Assembly: GCA_041742355.1 (NCBI GenBank)
Contig: JBGSIV010000258.1
Location: 1-21,807, forward strand
Length of the DNA: 21,807 bases
Direction: 5' to 3'
Source of the DNA: Candidatus Zixiibacteriota bacterium
Lineage (GTDB): Bacteria; Zixibacteria; MSB-5A5; GN15; FEB-12
Of the stretch, positions 1 to 8,011 are shown piece after piece. The notes beneath the pieces are model-generated. The model was not told the origin of the DNA and ran no database searches. It worked only from the letters and a program-made list of their open reading frames with translations. The position numbers were made by a program, and so were the translations under genes. The stretch's first letter is position 1. Each line of letters opens with the position of its first letter.

Positions 1-1
1 C

Positions 2-496
2 CTCCTGCTGCTCGCCGTCGGAGGAGATCACGAACGCGCGGTCATCTCTGCCGTCCAGCTTGGCCGCGAGGGCCACACCGACACCGACCGAAAAGCCCTG
101 CCCGAGCGATCCGGACGAAATCTCCACGCCCGGCAGATCAAGATGGTGCGGATGCCCCTGGAGGGGCGAATCGAGCATCCGCAGCTTCATCAGTTCTCGT
201 TCCGGAAAGTACCCAGCCACCGCGAGCGCCGTGTACAACGCCGGCGCCTTGTGCCCCGCCGACCAGATGATCCGATCCCGGTCCTCCCAGTGCGGCCGCG
301 ACGGATCCAGCCGCGCCACCTTCAGGTAGAGCGCGGCGGCGATATCCATGACACTCAGGGTCCCCCCCGAATGCCCCGACTGCGCCGAACACAGGGCAAT
401 CTCATTCAGCCCCCGCATGTAGTTGGCGCGTTCTCTGAGTTGTTCGATCGTGTAGTCGCAGCGCGACGAATCAATCCCCGGGATGCGGTTGCTCAT
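2..496 (-). CDS. tkt: Transketolase, N-terminal TPP-binding region (runs off the left edge of the window)
   Basis: Not in the ORF track; translated by hand from ATG at 496 (SD-like GGGAG upstream): MSNRIPGIDSSRCDYTIEQLRERANYMRGLNEIALCSAQSGHSGGTLSVMDIAAALY...DRDRIIWSAGHKAPALY...LQGHP...GVEISSGSLGQGFS...ISSDGEQQE. The GH-GG, DRDR-SxGH, GHP, GSLGQG and xDGE motifs are typical of transketolases. Confidence 0.93.
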   Translation of the reverse strand, partial: MSNRIPGIDSSRCDYTIEQLRERANYMRGLNEIALCSAQSGHSGGTLSVMDIAAALYLKVARLDPSRPHWEDRDRIIWSAGHKAPALYTALAVAGYFPERELMKLRMLDSPLQGHPHHLDLPGVEISSGSLGQGFSVGVGVALAAKLDGRDDRAFVISSDGEQQE

Positions 497-1097
497 GAGG
501 TGAAACTCCCTTGTCGGACATGATCTCCGCCCAGAGCCGTGCAAGCTCCCGTCGGAGATCATCCTCGGTGCCGTCGTTGACAATCACCCGGTCGGCCCGG
601 GCCAGAAACTCGGCGTGCGGCATCTGTATCTTCTGCCGCGCCATCGCGTCGTCCCGCGAAAGCCCCCGCGCCGCCAACCGGGCAAAACGGACATCCTCAG
701 GGGCATCGATCGCGAGCACCAGGTCCATCTGCCGATCCAGCCCCCAGTCCAGAAGCAGCGCGGCGTCAATCACCACTACCGGGTACTGACGCCGGTAGAG
801 CTTCATTTCGCGCCCCAGTTCTTTCAGGAGCAGCGGATGGACAATGCCGTTGAGGATACTGCGAGAATGGTCGTCGACAAACGCCCGGGCCGCGACTTTC
901 TGGCGATCCAGCCGACCGTTCGGCAGGATAACATCCGCGCCGAACGCCAGCGCCAGCTTGCGCCGCAGCGCCGCCGACTCGTCGACTACCCGACGGCCGA
1001 TCTGGTCGGCGTCAATCACCTTCGCCCCGAATGATTCGAGGATGCGGGCCGCGGAGGACTTGCCGGCGCCGATCTGGCCTGTGAGACCGACAAACAT
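471..1097 (-). CDS. coaE: Dephospho-CoA kinase
   Basis: MFVGLTGQIGAGKS P-loop at the N-terminus, IDAD, LDR, IVHP, QM and AD-VI-N-G motifs. ATG at 1097 preferred over the TTG at 1112. Confidence 0.96.
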   Translation of the reverse strand: MFVGLTGQIGAGKSSAARILESFGAKVIDADQIGRRVVDESAALRRKLALAFGADVILPNGRLDRQKVAARAFVDDHSRSILNGIVHPLLLKELGREMKLYRRQYPVVVIDAALLLDWGLDRQMDLVLAIDAPEDVRFARLAARGLSRDDAMARQKIQMPHAEFLARADRVIVNDGTEDDLRRELARLWAEIMSDKGVSPHEQPHPGD

Positions 1098-1103
1098 GTC
1101 GCC

Positions 1104-1132
1104 AATTAACAAAGAAACCTGCCCGGGGGCAA
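1104..1132 (-). promoter_or_regulatory. Putative promoter of coaE-tkt (TTGCCC-N17-TTAATT)
   Basis: Minus strand TTGCCC CCGGGCAGGTTTCTTTG TTAATT GGCGAC ATG; same spacing and hexamer as the element upstream of the FAH gene. Confidence 0.5.
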
Positions 1133-1145
1133 GTCGGGCGAGAGA

Positions 1146-3878
1146 CTATTTGGCGTCAAGCCAGTTGGGACCGGTCCCTATATCCACCACCACCGGAACC
1201 GTCAACGAAACCGCCCCTTCCATCCCCTCCCGGACAATCCCGCGCAGCTCCTCCACCTCGTCCCGGTGAGCATCGAAAACCAGTTCGTCGTGCACCTGGA
1301 GAATCATCTTCGACCGCATTCCGGCAATCTTCTTGTGCACCCTGATCATCGCCTTCTTGATCATGTCCGCCGCCGTCCCCTGGATCGGCGTGTTCACCGC
1401 CGCCCGCTCGGCGAACTGCCGGACACTGTTGTTGCGGTCATTGATCTCCCGGATATACCGCCGCCGGTTGAACATCGTCGTGACATACCCGTTCTGCCGG
1501 GCAAACGCCTTGGTCGCTTCAACATACTCACTGATACCGGGGTAGCGGGCCATGTACCGTTTGATGAAATCCCGTGCCTGCTGCACATCGAGTTCCGACT
1601 GTGCCGCCAGGCCATACGCCGTCACCCCGTAGATCACGGCGAAATTGGCCGTTTTGGCCGCACGGCGCTGCGATGGCGTCACCGTCTTGATATCAACCTC
1701 GAACACCTCGGCCGCCGTGCGGGCATGAATGTCCTCCCCCCGCTGAAACGCGGCAATCAACCGCTTATCCCCCGACATGTGGGCCAGAATCCGCAGCTCG
1801 ATCTGCGAGTAATCGGCCACCAGAAGCGTGTAGTTCTCGTCGCGCGGTACAAACGCCTTGCGGATCTCTCGCCCTTCATCCGTGCGAACGGGAATGTTCT
1901 GAAGATTGGGATCGGTCGACGACAACCGGCCGGTCGCCGCGATCGTCTGGTTGAACGACGTATGCACCCGTCCGGTCTGCTCGTCGATCAGCTTGGGCAG
2001 CGCATCCACGTAAGTGCTCTTCAGTTTGGTGAACTGGCGGTACTCGAGGATCTTGGCCGGCAACTCGTGCAGCGCCGCCAGTTCTTCCAGCACCTTGACA
2101 TCGGTCGAGAACCCGGTCTTCTTGGCTGTCTTCCCCCGCGTCGGCAGTCCCAGTTTCTCAAACAGAATGTGAGCCAGCTGCTGCGTGGAGTTGATATTGA
2201 ACGGCATCCCGGCGATGTGGTAGATCTCTTCCCTGATCTTCTCGAGCTTGAGATCCATCTGGCCCGACAGCTCGCCGAGGAAGGGCGCGTCGATCCGCAC
2301 CCCCTCCTGCTCCATATCGGCCAGGATCGGGACCAGCGGCAGTTCCAGATCGTAGTACAGGCTGTTCATCTCCAGCTCGTCGATCATCGGCGCCATTTTC
2401 CCCCGGAGGCGGTAGGTAAAATCGGCATCCTCCGCCGCGTAGAACGTCGCTTTGTCTACTGGGACCATCGCAAACGACACCTGCTTCTTCCCTGTCCCGA
2501 TCAGGTCCGTGATCGGCTGCATCTTGTAGCCGAAGTGCTGCAGCGCGAGGGCATCGAGCGAGTGCTGCCGCGAACTCGGATCGATGACATACGACGCCAG
2601 CATCGTGTCAAAACGCACCGGCGTAATACTGATCCCGTACTTCCGGAGCACCTCCAAGTCATACTTGATATTCTGCCCGAATTTCTGCACCTCGGGGTTC
2701 TCCAGAAACGCTTTGAGCTCGGCCAGCGCTTCCGCGAACGGCAGATTGACCGCCCCCTCTCCCTTGTGGCCAAGCGGGATGTAGTACGCTTCGTTGGGCC
2801 GATCGGCCAGTGACACCCCGACCAATTCGGCATGGAACGGGTTGAGCGACGTCGTCTCCGTGTCGACCGCCACCTCCCGCACCTTTGAGAACTTCTTCAG
2901 CAGCGCCTTGAGATCCTTGAGCTCCGCGACCGTATGGTATGCCGCCTTGGTTGCTCCCTCGGCTTCATCGGGCACTGGCGTCACCTCGGCCGACGAGGCT
3001 TGCGGCAGAATCTGGCGCAACAGGCGATTGAACTCGAGCCGCAGGAACAGCGTGGTAACGGCCTCATAGTTCGGCCCGTAGTACTTCATCCGCTCGACAT
3101 CGCAAACCACCGGCGCCGCAGTCTTGATCGTAGCCAAATCGCGCGACAGCCTGGCCTGCTCGACATTGGCTGCAATCTTCTCCCGCACGCCCTTGGCCTT
3201 GATCTTCTCGAGGTTGGCAAGCACCGCATCGAGCGACCCGAACTCGGCCAGCAGCGTATCGGCGGTCTTCGGACCGACCCCCGGCACCCCCGGGATGTTA
3301 TCCGAGCTGTCCCCCATGAGCGCCAGCTTGTCAATCACCAGCTCCGGATAGACGCCGAACTTCGCCCGGACCTCCTCCCGCCCCATTTTGACCGCTTCTT
3401 CCGACCCGGGCTTTGGGGAGTAGATGCGCACCCGGTCATCGACCAGTTGGTAAAAATCCTTGTCCCCCGTCACACACCAGACTTCGAAATTCAACTCCGA
3501 GCACCGCTTCGCCAGCGTGCCGATAATGTCATCCGCCTCGTACCCGGGCAGTTCGTAATGCGCGATACCCAGCGCCTCGACCGCTTCGCGGATCGACGGC
3601 AGCTGCTCGACCAGCTCATCGGGCATCTTCGCCCGCGTCGACTTGTACTCGGTATACTGCTCGTGGCGGAGCGTCGGACCCTTCGAGTCCCAGGCCACCG
3701 CAAGGTAATCCGGCTCCTCGTCACGGATGATCTTGAGCAGAGAATTCACGAAGCCGAACGTGGCGGAGGTGTTCTCCCCCTTCGAATTGATCAGGGGATT
3801 GCGCAGAAACGCGAAATAGGCCCGGTAAAAAATCGCCGAGCCGTCGATCAGGTATATTGTCTGTCGCCTGGTATTCAT
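1146..3878 (-). CDS. polA: DNA polymerase I (5'-3' exonuclease, 3'-5' exonuclease and polymerase domains)
   Basis: LIDGS..YRAY, EADD, GDKD, GDSSDNIPGVPG (5' nuclease); VDTETT, NIKYD, YAAEDAD (Exo I-III); TGRLSSTDPNLQNIP, ADYSQIELR, AKTANF, QVHDEL (polymerase). Start at ATG 3878 overlaps the nadD stop (ATGA). Confidence 0.98.
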   Translation of the reverse strand: MNTRRQTIYLIDGSAIFYRAYFAFLRNPLINSKGENTSATFGFVNSLLKIIRDEEPDYLAVAWDSKGPTLRHEQYTEYKSTRAKMPDELVEQLPSIREAVEALGIAHYELPGYEADDIIGTLAKRCSELNFEVWCVTGDKDFYQLVDDRVRIYSPKPGSEEAVKMGREEVRAKFGVYPELVIDKLALMGDSSDNIPGVPGVGPKTADTLLAEFGSLDAVLANLEKIKAKGVREKIAANVEQARLSRDLATIKTAAPVVCDVERMKYYGPNYEAVTTLFLRLEFNRLLRQILPQASSAEVTPVPDEAEGATKAAYHTVAELKDLKALLKKFSKVREVAVDTETTSLNPFHAELVGVSLADRPNEAYYIPLGHKGEGAVNLPFAEALAELKAFLENPEVQKFGQNIKYDLEVLRKYGISITPVRFDTMLASYVIDPSSRQHSLDALALQHFGYKMQPITDLIGTGKKQVSFAMVPVDKATFYAAEDADFTYRLRGKMAPMIDELEMNSLYYDLELPLVPILADMEQEGVRIDAPFLGELSGQMDLKLEKIREEIYHIAGMPFNINSTQQLAHILFEKLGLPTRGKTAKKTGFSTDVKVLEELAALHELPAKILEYRQFTKLKSTYVDALPKLIDEQTGRVHTSFNQTIAATGRLSSTDPNLQNIPVRTDEGREIRKAFVPRDENYTLLVADYSQIELRILAHMSGDKRLIAAFQRGEDIHARTAAEVFEVDIKTVTPSQRRAAKTANFAVIYGVTAYGLAAQSELDVQQARDFIKRYMARYPGISEYVEATKAFARQNGYVTTMFNRRRYIREINDRNNSVRQFAERAAVNTPIQGTAADMIKKAMIRVHKKIAGMRSKMILQVHDELVFDAHRDEVEELRGIVREGMEGAVSLTVPVVVDIGTGPNWLDAK

Positions 3879-4483
3879 CGGTAGAGCTGTTCCTTCTCGA
3901 TGTAAACGAGCACGTCTTCCGGTACCCACTTCGCCAGCGCGTCGTGCGGTTCACCCCCGGCAATCAGCGCGCGCAGAGCCGTTGATGATATCGGCGCGGT
4001 CTCGGTCTCCACCAGCGCCACCCTGTCCTGCGGCAGCGCCTTCACCCCCTTGAGTTGGAAGCCCGGCCGGGCTCCGGCCAGTATAGTCGTCTCCTGTAGA
4101 AGTCCCTCGTGGTCATGCCAGGATTCAACCTGATCAAGGAGATCGGCGCCGATAATAAAGGCAAACGTCGCCTGCGTGTACTTCCGCTTCAGCGCCCGAA
4201 CCGTATCGATGGTGTACCCGGAGAGCGCCTCTTCGGCCTCGATTTCCTCCACCCGCAGCGGATCATGGTCGGCCAGCGCCAGCCGGAGCATGGCCACCCG
4301 GTGGAGATACGCCGCGTGGCCGCGGTCCCCTTTGAAGGGATGACGGTGCGAAGGGACAAACAGAACGCCGTCGAGATCCCTCGCCCGGCAGACTTCCAGT
4401 GCGAGGCCGACGTGCCCACGGTGAACCGGGTCGAATGTCCCGCCCAGAATCCCCCAATAACCGCCCCGCTCAGGAGCCGGCAT
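3875..4483 (-). CDS. nadD: Nicotinate-nucleotide adenylyltransferase
   Basis: GILGGTFDPVHRGH (HxGH), YTIDT, FIIGAD, SWH, ISST motifs. ATG at 4483; the longer ORF-track extension lies inside bamD. Confidence 0.96.
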   Translation of the reverse strand: MPAPERGGYWGILGGTFDPVHRGHVGLALEVCRARDLDGVLFVPSHRHPFKGDRGHAAYLHRVAMLRLALADHDPLRVEEIEAEEALSGYTIDTVRALKRKYTQATFAFIIGADLLDQVESWHDHEGLLQETTILAGARPGFQLKGVKALPQDRVALVETETAPISSTALRALIAGGEPHDALAKWVPEDVLVYIEKEQLYR

Positions 4484-5405
4484 GTTCCGAGGTTTCCTGC
4501 CCGGCCGGTTGCTGTTCGATCTTCTTGAGAAGGTCGGCCGCATCATCGTCAAATCCGTTGCCAGGGTAGGCCTGGCTGAAATCCTGGAGGCACTGGCGGG
4601 CCTCGGTGTACTTCCCGGCGTCAAACGACAGCCGGCAATTGCGGAACGCCGCCTCGACCGCGTTCTCACGCGCCTCGGACGCCAGTTCATGCTCCGGAAA
4701 CGCCGTCGCGAACGCCTCGAACCGGGTGCGGGCCTCGCTGAAATTCTTCTGCTTCATCTCCATGAGCGCCCGGTGAAACGCCGCCAGCGCTCCGAACTCC
4801 GTGTCGGCGTATTCGTCCACCACCTTCTGGTAGTAGATCTTCGCCGCCTCCCACGCCCCGATCCGCTCGTAAACCATGCCCGCGTTGTAGAATTTCTTCG
4901 CCATCCGAGTCTGCGCCAGCGAGAGGTACTTCTTGACGTCGGGCACCAGCTCCGACTCCGGGAAGTCTATGAGGAAATCCTGCAGTTGGTCAATCGCTTT
5001 CTGCAGATCGGTCTGATCGAGGCCCGGGTTCTCCGGCGTAGCCTCAAAGAACGCCACCGCCCGCATGAACATCGCGTTCTCGAAAAACGCCGACGACGGA
5101 TAGTTCGTCGTCAGTCGGTTGAACTCAATCGCCGCCAGCTCATACTCCTCGTTGCCGAAATACGACAATCCGAGGTAGTACTGGGCCGAATCGACCACCG
5201 CGTTGCCGGGGTAGTTGAACACGACCGACTGGAAATACTCGATCGCCGACCGGTACTTCTCGCTCTCGTACAGCCGCTGCCCTTCGGCATACAGACCCTG
5301 GGCATCAAGTTCGGCCATCGGCCGGGCCCCGGAACCGCAGGATGCGATGATCGCCGCCACAAGCAGCAACCCGGTGACCAGTGCGCTGAATCGTATCCGG
5401 TTCAA
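4470..5405 (-). CDS. bamD: Outer membrane protein assembly factor BamD (TPR lipoprotein)
   Basis: Lipoprotein signal ending IIAS-C; TPR-like repeats (LYAEG..Y..A...F, YP.S); DQTD..KAI..LQ.FL..FP.S and LA.K.Y-like segments typical of BamD/YfiO. TTG start overlaps the upstream stop (TTGA). Confidence 0.88.
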   Translation of the reverse strand: MNRIRFSALVTGLLLVAAIIASCGSGARPMAELDAQGLYAEGQRLYESEKYRSAIEYFQSVVFNYPGNAVVDSAQYYLGLSYFGNEEYELAAIEFNRLTTNYPSSAFFENAMFMRAVAFFEATPENPGLDQTDLQKAIDQLQDFLIDFPESELVPDVKKYLSLAQTRMAKKFYNAGMVYERIGAWEAAKIYYQKVVDEYADTEFGALAAFHRALMEMKQKNFSEARTRFEAFATAFPEHELASEARENAVEAAFRNCRLSFDAGKYTEARQCLQDFSQAYPGNGFDDDAADLLKKIEQQPAGQETSEHAGS

Positions 5406-6046
5406 ACCCGGTAGGCCTCCTTCAACATTTTGTAGTTCGCCATCACTTTCTCGAAATACCGCTGAGGCATCGGCCGCTGCTCCCGCATGATCCCCCGGAG
5501 ACGCGTCTCGCCGACATTATAAGCCACCAGCGCCTGCTTGACATCGCCGAACTTCAGTATGTACTCAAACAGGTGCAGCGCGCCCAGCCGGACATTCATG
5601 TCCGGCTGAAACAACGTCGAATCCCCGCGCCACTCCATCTGGTTGCGGGTCGCGACATCCTCGGCCACAAACGGCATCACCTGCATCAGCCCCTTCGCCC
5701 CGGCCGGCGACACCGACCCCTTGCGGAACGAAGACTCGGTCAGAATGATCGCCAGCATGAACAGCGGATCGTACTCGTACTTCTGGCTCTCTTCGTAAAT
5801 GACCTCGGTCAGCTGGTTGACCTCTTCGTCCGAGAACCCGATCTGAAAATCATCAATCGCCTTGAGGATCTGAAGTTTCTCCTCGAGCGTCTCGACCCGG
5901 CTCTGCTGGAACGCGATCTGCCGCTCGAGGTCGTACTTGTCCTTGACCAGGTACACCAGCAGCCCCGACTGCAGCAGGTAGATGACCACCAGCACGAACG
6001 CGACCGGCTTCGAGAGAAATATGCCCAGCTTCTCAAACTGAATCAT
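5402..6046 (-). CDS. Lytic transglycosylase (SLT domain) with N-terminal transmembrane helix and coiled coil
   Basis: AIILTESSF (catalytic Glu), SPAGAKGLMQVMP, N..LG..L, ALVAYNVG motifs; hydrophobic segment PVAFVLVVIYLLQSGLLVYLV. ATG at 6046 overlaps the rimO stop. Confidence 0.9.
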   Translation of the reverse strand: MIQFEKLGIFLSKPVAFVLVVIYLLQSGLLVYLVKDKYDLERQIAFQQSRVETLEEKLQILKAIDDFQIGFSDEEVNQLTEVIYEESQKYEYDPLFMLAIILTESSFRKGSVSPAGAKGLMQVMPFVAEDVATRNQMEWRGDSTLFQPDMNVRLGALHLFEYILKFGDVKQALVAYNVGETRLRGIMREQRPMPQRYFEKVMANYKMLKEAYRV

Positions 6047-7374
6047 GCGATAACCCCGACTTTTCGTCCGTGCAAATCGTATCCGTCGGCCGCCTCTATC
6101 ATCACCCGGCACAACTGACCAGCTTCCAGGCCGTCTCCCCGGACCGATATCTCCTGATCGATTTCCGGACAATCACCGCGGGAACGGCCGATCGCCGAAC
6201 CGTCTTGCGCCGGTGAATCAATGATAACGTCGAGCGTTTGCCCTATCAAGGAGTTATTTTTCGCGAACGCGATCTCCCGCTGGATCGACATGAGCTCATC
6301 GAGCCGCCGCGACTTCACCCGATCGGTCACCTGGTGCGCATACTTCTGCGCCGGGGTCCCCTCCTCCGGTGAATACGTGAAGACTCCCATTCGGTCAAAC
6401 TCCACCTTTTCGATGAACTTGCGCAGCTCGCGGTACCGGGCCTCCGTTTCGCCCGGGAAGCCGACGATAAACGTCGTGCGAATCGTCCCCTTCGGACTGA
6501 TCTCGCGGATCTCGCGGAGTCGCTGCTCGATTTCCGGACGCGCGACATTGCGGCGCATCGCCGCCAGAATCTCGGTATTGATGTGCTGGAGGGGCAAATC
6601 GAAATAATCGAGCGTCTTGTTCGCGTCATCGGCGAGGTACTCGATATGCTCGCGACGCAGCGCCGCCGGATAGAGGTACATCAACCGGATCCATCGAATC
6701 GCCGGGATCCGATCGAGCTCCCGAAGCAGGTCGAGCACACCGGGCGTACCCGGGAGATCATATCCCCACAGCGTCGCCTCCTGCGACACCAGGATCAGCT
6801 CCTTCTTGCCGCTGTCGGCAAGGAATTGGGCCTCGTGGAGGATCGAATCCAGCGGGCGGCTCCGGAACCGTCCCCGCATTCCCGGAATCGCGCAGTACGT
6901 GCAACCCCGATCGCAACCGTCGGAGATCTTCAGGTACGACCACGGATAGGGATCCGATATGAACCGGTGCTTCCAGCTTAAGTAGGCCAGCTTGCGCGGC
7001 TCCATCCGCACCGACCGCTCCAGATGGGAATTTCCCCCAACCGCCCCCGCGATCGAATCGAGCGCGCCGTGGCCGAAGGCCCCGTCCAGTTCCGGGATCT
7101 CCTTGAGCATCTCGTCACCGTATCGCTGCGAGAGACACCCCGTCGCATAGAGCGACTGTAGCTGCCCCGATTTCTTGAGTTGCCCGAGACGGAGGATCTC
7201 GTTGATCGATTCCTCCTTAGCCGGGAGAATGAACCCGCAGGTATTGACCACGATCGACTCGGCCTCATTGGGATCGGCCACCGGCTCATGACCGGCGTCG
7301 ATCAGTCGGGCCGCAATGTAATCGGCATCGACGTCGTTCTTGGGACAGCCGAGATTGTGAATATAGAATTTCAT
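6043..7374 (-). CDS. rimO: Ribosomal protein S12 methylthiotransferase RimO
   Basis: LGCPKN, VNTCGFI..AKEES, GCLSQRY (MTTase N-domain); YLKISDGCDRGCTYC radical SAM motif; WIRLMYLYP; RTTFIVGFPGET; C-terminal TRAM domain with PEID. Confidence 0.96.
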   Translation of the reverse strand: MKFYIHNLGCPKNDVDADYIAARLIDAGHEPVADPNEAESIVVNTCGFILPAKEESINEILRLGQLKKSGQLQSLYATGCLSQRYGDEMLKEIPELDGAFGHGALDSIAGAVGGNSHLERSVRMEPRKLAYLSWKHRFISDPYPWSYLKISDGCDRGCTYCAIPGMRGRFRSRPLDSILHEAQFLADSGKKELILVSQEATLWGYDLPGTPGVLDLLRELDRIPAIRWIRLMYLYPAALRREHIEYLADDANKTLDYFDLPLQHINTEILAAMRRNVARPEIEQRLREIREISPKGTIRTTFIVGFPGETEARYRELRKFIEKVEFDRMGVFTYSPEEGTPAQKYAHQVTDRVKSRRLDELMSIQREIAFAKNNSLIGQTLDVIIDSPAQDGSAIGRSRGDCPEIDQEISVRGDGLEAGQLCRVMIEAADGYDLHGRKVGVIA

Positions 7375-7382
7375 GGTAAGGG

Positions 7383-7985
7383 TCAGAGCTTGATCCGCTC
7401 CGCCGACTCGGGGAAGGCCGGGACAAACGTGCTGTCGGTACAGGCGTCGCCCAACCGCTCCTTCAGAAACACAACCCGGTTGCGGTCGCCGTTTAGGTCG
7501 TCGTACGCCAGTGCGTCGATCCGCCCCCCCTCGGCGCGCAGGGTCACCGTAATCTCATCCGGCAGCTGTGTGTCGGTGGTGTCAGTCTTGGTTAGATGGT
7601 ACTCTTTGCCGGCTCTTAACGGCGCCGTCGCATAGAAATCATCGAGACGGGTTATCAGCGCTATCTCGCTCCCGACAAACAGATCCCCGGCGGGCTTTTC
7701 TATTATCACCTGATTCGTTGTCTCCGAGAACGTGTACAGAAGGTTACCGTCGTACAGGAATTCCTCTGTGCCGACCACTACGTGGAACCGACCGTCCCTG
7801 GCAATCTCAGCCGTCCCCCGCACCGAGTCGACCACATCAAAAACATCTGACTCGAGGATCGTGAGAAACTCGAGATTGACACAACCCGCTTTCGCGAAAT
7901 CCCGCTTGGCTGTTTCAAACGGATCGGTCGCGGCGAACACCGTGGCCGCCAGCACTAAGCCTAACCCTGTAAAGATTTTAACCAT
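7383..7985 (-). CDS. LolA-like outer membrane lipoprotein carrier protein
   Basis: Signal peptide (ATVFA), G.AEIARDGRF, YDG..LYTFS..TNQVII pattern of the LolA fold, about 200 aa, directly downstream of ftsK (classic ftsK-lolA synteny). Start ATG 7985 or GTG 7991. Confidence 0.78.
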   Translation of the reverse strand: MVKIFTGLGLVLAATVFAATDPFETAKRDFAKAGCVNLEFLTILESDVFDVVDSVRGTAEIARDGRFHVVVGTEEFLYDGNLLYTFSETTNQVIIEKPAGDLFVGSEIALITRLDDFYATAPLRAGKEYHLTKTDTTDTQLPDEITVTLRAEGGRIDALAYDDLNGDRNRVVFLKERLGDACTDSTFVPAFPESAERIKL

Positions 7986-8011
7986 TGCCACTTATACGCC
8001 CGGCTGGAGGA

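Noticed and set aside
138..392. Short ORFs listed in the first 500 bp
   Set aside because: Alternative frames or antisense of the transketolase gene, which the ORF track missed because it runs off the edge.
1110..1140. GCCCG..CGGGC hairpin followed by TTTCTTTG as a polA terminator
   Set aside because: 5-bp stem with long loop and interrupted T-tract; the segment is better explained by the recurring promoter-like motif.
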